Below, piece by piece: positions 57,801-64,000 of a stretch of 64,000 nt of DNA. The stretch spans positions 23,436,001 to 23,500,000 of the forward strand of contig OZ024744.1 in the NCBI GenBank assembly GCA_964016885.1, in the 5' to 3' direction. Origin of the DNA: Eledone cirrhosa (lineage: Eukaryota). The position numbers and the translations under genes are program-made. How positions within the stretch are numbered: the first letter of the stretch is position 1; each line of letters opens with the position of its first letter. The notes under the pieces were generated by a model. That model made no database searches. It had not been told where the DNA came from and saw only the letters and a list, made by a program, of their open reading frames with translations.

Positions 57801-60800
57801 TGATTCGTTTTAACAACAGCTGAATCTTAAGATAAACTCGTTTTAACAACAGTTGAATCTTAAGATAAACCTCGTTTTAACAACAGTTGAATCTTAAGAA
57901 CTGACTCGTTTTATCAACAGTTCAACCTTAAGAACTGACTCATCTTAACAACAGTTGAATCTTCAAATAAAATTCGTTTTAACAACAGTTGAATCTTAAG
58001 AACTGACTCGTTTTAACAACAGTTGAATCTTAAGAACTGACTCATTTTAACAACAGCTGAATCTTAAGATAAAACTCGTTTTAACAACAGTTGAATCTTA
58101 AGATAAAATTCGTTTTAACAACAGTTGAATCTTAAGAACTGACTCGTTTTAACAACAGCTGAATCTTAAGATAAAACTCGTTTTAACAACAGTTGAATCT
58201 TAAGAACTGACTCGTTTTATCAACAGTTCAACCTTAAGCACTGACTCGTTTTAACAACAGTTGAATCTTCAAATAAAACTCGTTTTAACAACAGTTGATT
58301 CTTCAGAACTGACTCGTTTTAACAACAGTTGAATCTTAAGATAAAACTCGTTTTAACAACAGTTGAATCTTAAGAACTGACTCATTTTAACAACAGCTGA
58401 ATCTCTAGATAAAACTCGTTTTAACAACAGTTGAATCTTAAGAACTGACTCGTTTTATCAACAGTTGAATCTTAAGAACTGACTCGTTTTATCAACAGTT
58501 CAACCTTAAGAACTGACTCATCTTAACAACAGTTGAATCTTCAAATAAAATTCGTTTTAACAACAGTTGAATCTTAAGAACTGATTCGTTTTAACAACAG
58601 CTGAATCTTAGGATAAAACTCGTTTTAACAACAGTTGAATCTTAAGAACTGACTCGTTTTAACAACAGCTGAATCTTAAGATAAAACTCGTTTTAACAAC
58701 AGTTGAATCTTAAGAACTGACTCGTTTTATCAACAGTTCAACCTTAAGCACTGACTCGTTTTAACAACAGTTGAATCTTCAAATAAAACTCGTTTTAACA
58801 ACAGTTGAATCTTAAGAACTGACTCATTTTAACAACAGTTGAATCTTAAGATAAAACTCGTTTTAACAACAGTTGAATCTTAAGAACTGACTCGTTTTAA
58901 CAACAGTTCAACCTTAAGAACTGACTCGTTTTAACAACAGTTGAATCTTAAGATAAAACTCGTTTTAACAACAGTTGAATCTTAAGAACTGACTCATTTT
59001 AATAACAGTTGAATCTTAAGAACTGATTCGTTTTAACAACAGTTGAATCTTCAGATAAAACTCGTTTTAACTACAGTTGAATCTTAAGAACTGACTCGTT
59101 TTAACAACAGTTGAATCTTAAGATAAAACTCGTTTTAACAACAGTTGAATCTTAAGAACTGACTCATTATAACAACAGTTGAATCTTAAGAACTGATTCG
59201 TTTTAACAACAGTTGAATCTTAAGATAAAACTCGTTTTAACAACAGTTGAATCTTAAGAACTGACTCGTTTTAATAACAGCTGAATCTTAAGATAAAACT
59301 CGTTTTACAACAGTTGAATCTTAAGAACTGACTCGTTTTATCAACAGTTCAACCTTAAGAACTGACTCATCTTAACAACAGTTGAATCTTCAAATAAAAC
59401 TCGTTTTAACAACAGTTGAATCTTAAGAACTGATTCGTTTTAACAACAGCTGAATCGTAAGATAAAACTCGTTTTAACAACAGTTGAATCTTAAGATAAA
59501 ATTCGTTTTAACAACAGTTGAATCTTAAGAACTGACTCGTTTTAACAACAGCTGAATCTTAAGATAAAACTCGTTTTATCAACAGTTCAACCTTAAGAAC
59601 TGACTCGTTTTAACAACAGTTGAATCCTCAAATAAAACTCGTTTTAACAACAGTTGAATCTTAAGAACTGACTCGTTTTAACAATAGTTGAATCTTAAGA
59701 TAAAACTCGTTTTAACAACAGTTGAATCTTAAGAACTGACTCATTTTAACAACAGTTGAATCTTAAGATAAAACTCGTTTTAACAACAGTTGAATCTTAA
59801 GAACTGACTCGTTTTAACAACAGTTCAACCTTAAGAACTGACTCGTTTTAACAACAGTTGAATCTTTAAATAAAACTCGTTTTACCTACAGTTGAATCTT
59901 AAGAACTGACTCGTTTTAACAACAGTTGAATCTTAAGATAAAACTCGTTTTAACAACAGTTGAATCTTAAGAACTGACTCATTTTAACAACAGTTGAATC
60001 CTAAGAACTGATTCGTTTTAACAACAGTTGAATCTTCAGATAAAACTCGTTTTAACTACAGTTGAATCTTAAGAACTGACTCGTTTTAACAACAGTTGAA
60101 TCTTAAGATAGAACTCGTTTTAACAACAGTTGAATCTTAAGAACTGACTCATTTTAACAACAGTTGAATCTTAAGAACTGATTCGTTTTAACAACAGTTG
60201 AATCTTAAGATAAAACTCGTTTTAACAACAGTTGAATCTTAAGAACTGACTCGTTTTAACAACAGCTGAATCTTAAGATAAAACTCGTTTTGCAACAGTT
60301 CAATCTTAAGAACTGACTCGTTTTATCAACAGTTCAACCTTAAGAACTGACTCATTTTAACAACAGTTGAATCTTCAAATAAAACTCGTTTTAATAACAT
60401 TTGATTCTTCAGAACTGACTCGTTTTAACAACAGTTGAATCTTAAGATAAAACTCGTTTTAACAACAGTTGAATCTTAAGAACTGACTCATTTTAACAAC
60501 AGCTGAATCTTTAGATAAAACTCGTTTTAACAACAGTTGAATCTTAAGAACTGACTCGTTTTAACAACAGTTGAATCCTCAAATAAAACTCGTTTTAACA
60601 ACAGTTGAATCTTAATAACTGACTCGTTTTAACAACAGTTGAATCTTAAGATAAAACTCGTTTTAACAACAGTTGAATCTTAAGAACTGACTCATTTTAA
60701 CAACAGTTGAATCTTAAGAACTGATTCGTTTTAACAACAGTTGAATCTTCAGATAAAACTCGTTTTAACTACAGTTGAATCTTAAGAACTGACTAGTTTT

Positions 60801-61450
60801 AACAACAGTTGAATCTTAAGATAAAACTCGTTTTAACAACAGTTGAATCTTAAGAACTGGCTCGTTTTAACAACAGTTGAATCTTAAGAACTGATTCGTT
60901 TTAACAACAGTTGAATCTTAAGATAAAACTCGTTTTAACAACAGTTGAATCTTAAGAACTGACTCGTTTTAATAACAGTTGAATCTTAAGATAAAACTCG
61001 TTTTAACAACAGTTGAATCTTAAGAACTGACTCGTTTTAACAACAGCTGAATCTTAAGATAAAACTCGTTTTACAACAGTTGAATCTTAAGAACTGACTC
61101 GTTTTATCAACAGTTCAACCTTAAGAACTGACTCATCCTAACAACAGTTGAATCTTCAAATAAAACTCGTTTTAACAACAGTTGAATCTTAAGAACTCAT
61201 TTGTTTTAACAACAGCTGAATCTTAAGATAAAACTCGTTTTAACAACAGTTGAATCTTAAGATAAAATTCGTTTTAACAACAGTTGAATCTTAAGAACTG
61301 ACTCGTTTTAACAACAGCTGAATCTTAAGATAAAACTCTTTTTAACAACAGTTGAGTCTTAAGAACTGACTCGTCTTATCAACAGATCAACCTTAAGCAC
61401 TGACTCGTTTTAACAACAGTTGAATCTGCAAATAAAACTCGTTTTAACAA
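51061..61450. repeat. Dispersed, more diverged duplication: ~51061-52450 vs ~60061-61450, offset 9000 bp
   Basis: The lines are in register (e.g. ACTCATCCTA at 52131/61131) with more than a dozen point differences. Confidence 0.8.
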
Positions 61451-64000
61451 CAGTTGAACCTTAAGATAAAACTCGTTTTAACAACAGTTGAATCTTAAGA
61501 ACTGACTCATTTTAACAACAGCTGAATCTCTAGATAAAACTCGTTATAACAACAGTTGAATCTTAAGGTAAAATTCGTTTTAACAACAGTTGAATCTTAA
61601 GAACTGACTCGTTTTAACAACAGCTGAATCTTAAGATAAAACTCGTTTTAACAACAGTTGAATCTTAAGAACTGACTCGTTTTATCAACAGTTCAACCTT
61701 AAGCACTGACTCGTTTTAACAACAGTTGAATCTTCAAATAAAACTCGTTTTAACAACAGTTGAATCTTAAGAACTGACTCATTTTAACAACAGTTGAATC
61801 TTAAGAACTGATTCGTTTTAACAACAGTTGAATCTTAAGATAAAACTCGTTTTAACAACAGTTGAATCTTAAGAACTGACTCGTTTTAACAACTGTTGAA
61901 TCTTAAGAACTGACTCGTTTTATCAACAGTTCAACCTTAAGAACTGACTCGTTTTAACAACAGTTGAATCTTCAAATAAAACTCGTTTTAACAACAGTTG
62001 AATCTTAAGAACTGACTCGTTTTAACAACAGTTGAATCTTAAGATAAAACTCGTTTTAACAACAGTTGAATCTTAAGAACTGACTCGTTTTATCAACAGT
62101 TCAACCTTAATAACTGAATCGTTTTAAGAACAGTTGAATCTTCAAATTAAACTCGTTTTAACAACAGTTGAATCATAAGAACTGATTCGTTTTAACAACA
62201 GTTGAATCTTAAGATAAAACTCGTTTTAACAACAGTTGAATCTTAAGATAAACTCGTTTTAACAACAGTGGAATCTTAAGAACTGACTCGTTTTAATAAC
62301 AGTTGAATCTTAAGATAAAACTCGTTTTAACAACAGTTGAATCTTAAGAACTGACTCGTTTTAACAACAGCTGAATCTTAAGATAAAACTCGTTTTAACG
62401 ACAGTTGAATCTTAAGAACTGACTCGTTTTATCAACAGTTCAACCTTAAGAACTGACTCATTTTAACAACAGTTGAATCTTCAAATAAAACTCGTTTTAA
62501 CAACAGTTGAATCTTAAGAACTGATTCGTTTTAACAACAGCTGAATCTTAAGGTAAACTCGTTTTAACAACAGTTGAATCTTAAGATAAACCTCGTTTTA
62601 ACAACATTTGAATCTTAAGAACTGATTCGTTTTAACAACAGCTGAATCTTAAGATAAACTCGTTTTAACAGCAGTTGAATCTTAAGATAAACCTCGTTTT
62701 AACAACAGTTGAATCTTAAGAACTGACTCGTTTTATCAACAGTTCAACCTTAAGAACTGACTCATCTTAACAACAGTTGAATCTTCAAATAAAATTCGTT
62801 TTAACAACAGTTGAATCTTAAGAACTGACTCGTTTTAACAACAGTTGAATCTTAAGAACTGACTCATTTTAACAACAGCTGAATCTTAAGATAAAACTCG
62901 TTTTAACAACAGTTGAATCTTAAGATAAAATTCGTTTTAACAACAGTTGAATCTTAAGAACTGACTCGTTTTAACAACAGCTGAATCTTAAGATAAAACT
63001 CGTTTTAACAACAGTTGAATCTTAAGAACTGACTCGTTTTATCAACAGTTCAACCTTAAGCACTGACTCGTTTTAACAACAGTTGAATCTTCAAATAAAA
63101 CTCGTTTTAACAACAGTTGATTCTTCAGAACTGACTCGTTTTAACAACAGTTGAATCTTAAGATAAAACTCGTTTTAACAACAGTTGAATCTTAAGAACT
63201 GACTCATTTTAACAACAGCTGAATCTCTAGATAAAACTCGTTTTAACAACAGTTGAATCTTAAGAACTGACTCGTTTTATCAACAGTTGAATCTTAAGAA
63301 CTGACTCGTTTTATCAACAGTTCAACCTTAAGAACTGACTCATCTTAACAACAGTTGAATCTTCAAATAAAATTCGTTTTAACAACAGTTGAATCTTAAG
63401 AACTGATTCGTTTTAACAACAGCTGAATCTTAGGATAAAACTCGTTTTAACAACAGTTGAATCTTAAGAACTGACTCGTTTTAACAACAGCTGAATCTTA
63501 AGATAAAACTCGTTTTAACAACAGTTGAATCTTAAGAACTGACTCGTTTTATCAACAGTTCAGCCTTAAGCACTGACTCGTTTTAACAACAGTTGAATCT
63601 TCAAATAAAACTCGTTTTAACAACAGTTGAATCTTAAGAACTGACTCATTTTAACAACAGTTGAATCTTAAGATAAAACTCGTTTTAACAACAGTTGAAT
63701 CTTAAGAACTGACTCGTTTTAACAACAGTTCAACCTTAAGAACTGACTCGTTTTAACAACAGTTGAATCTTAAGATAAATCTCGTTTTAACAACAGTTGA
63801 ATCTTAAGAACTGACTCATTTTAACAACAGTTGAATCTTAAGAACTGATTCGTTTTAACAACAGTTGAATCTTCAGATAAAACTCGTTTTAACTACAGTT
63901 GAATCTTAAGAACTGACTCGTTTTAACAACAGTTGAATCTTAAGATAAAACTCGTTTTAACAACAGTTGAATCTTAAGAACTGACTCATTTTAACAACAG
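54917..64000. repeat. Duplication with offset 6927 bp (~204 monomers): ~54917-57073 vs ~61844-64000, running off the window
   Basis: Markers AACAACTGTT at 54961/61888, TTAAGGTAAACTC at 55621/62548, TTCAGCC in both copies and AATCTCG at 56851/63778. Confidence 0.9.
55692..59970. repeat. Tandem duplication, offset 2105 bp (62 monomers) then 2173-2174 bp
   Basis: Markers TAAACCTCG at 55761/57866, TCTTAGGATA at 56501/58606, ATAGTTG at 57511/59684 and TTTAAATAAA at 57691/59865. Confidence 0.87.

Larger units (their letters stand above)
1..64000. repeat. 34-bp tandem satellite DNA array (~1,880 monomers, head-to-tail, extends past both window edges)
   Basis: CTCG at position 1 recurs at 35 and at ~34-bp steps to the end of the window. 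Main types: A (...GAATCTTAAGATAAAA), B (...GAATCTTAAGAACTGA), C (...GAATC[T/C]TCAAATAAAA) and D (TTAT/TTAA-CAACAGTTCAACCTTAAG[A/C]ACTGA). A and B mostly alternate. Occasional 33-bp monomers (TTTTACAAC, GATAAACTC) and a rare 35-bp one. Confidence 0.99.

Noticed and set aside
1-64000. CRISPR array: the type A monomer reads GTTTTA...TAAAAC (32 bp), resembling the ends of type II-A direct repeats, and A/B alternation gives a 68-bp period
   Set aside because: There are no unique spacers. The intervening sequence is another homologous monomer, or just TC between adjacent A units. No leader, tracrRNA or cas gene is present.
1-64000. Giant repeat-protein CDS on either strand
   Set aside because: The unit length of 34 shifts the frame each copy, and TAA/TGA on the plus strand and TAA on the minus strand occur in essentially every monomer, so all six frames close within about 100 bp.
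1-64000. Transposon, MITE or piggyBac insertion (TTAA every 17 bp, short inverted repeats)
   Set aside because: I saw no non-satellite sequence, terminal inverted repeat pair or target-site duplication. TTAA is intrinsic to the monomer.
1-64000. Array of 34-bp recombinase sites (loxP/FRT length) or plasmid iterons
   Set aside because: Only the length matches. There is no 13-8-13 inverted-arm layout, no recombinase or rep gene, and the copy number is far beyond iteron arrays.
1-64000. Telomeric repeat, or tRNA/5S/snRNA tandem genes
   Set aside because: There is no G-rich strand, the unit is too short for these RNA genes, and no A/B box or cloverleaf is recognisable.
1-64000. One regular, fixed-length higher-order repeat across the window, or an information-bearing code in the monomer order
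   Set aside because: Periods change from region to region (1257 to 9000 bp), and the variant order is adequately explained by nested duplication, slippage and conversion.
1-64000. Assignment to a named satellite family or species, or a CENP-B box
   Set aside because: I do not recognise the consensus with confidence. TTCGTTTTAA only partly resembles the start of a CENP-B box and lacks the CGGG end.

Overview
The whole 64-kb window is one uninterrupted, single-orientation, AT-rich (about 30% GC) tandem satellite array of roughly 1,880 copies of a 34-bp monomer. The consensus is CTCGTTTTAACAACAGTTGAATCTTAAG followed by ATAAAA (type A) or AACTGA (type B). I found no genes, RNA genes, transposon insertions, inversions or CRISPR spacers. 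Long ORFs are excluded because 34 is not a multiple of 3 and each monomer carries stop codons on both strands. The array is most likely eukaryotic heterochromatic or (peri)centromeric DNA; I cannot name the organism or the family. The information is in its nested structure: a degenerate 17-bp half-unit, the 34-bp monomer, a 68-bp A/B dimer, a loose 7-10-monomer pattern, and then near-identical kilobase duplications (offsets 1257, 1834, 2105, 3600/3566, 3838, 4313-4415, 6927, 8389 and 9000 bp), some nested. Each monomer type also has its own dyad symmetries. Offsets were read by eye from rare marker variants and boundaries are approximate to about one monomer. I see no evidence of a new protein- or RNA-based system here.
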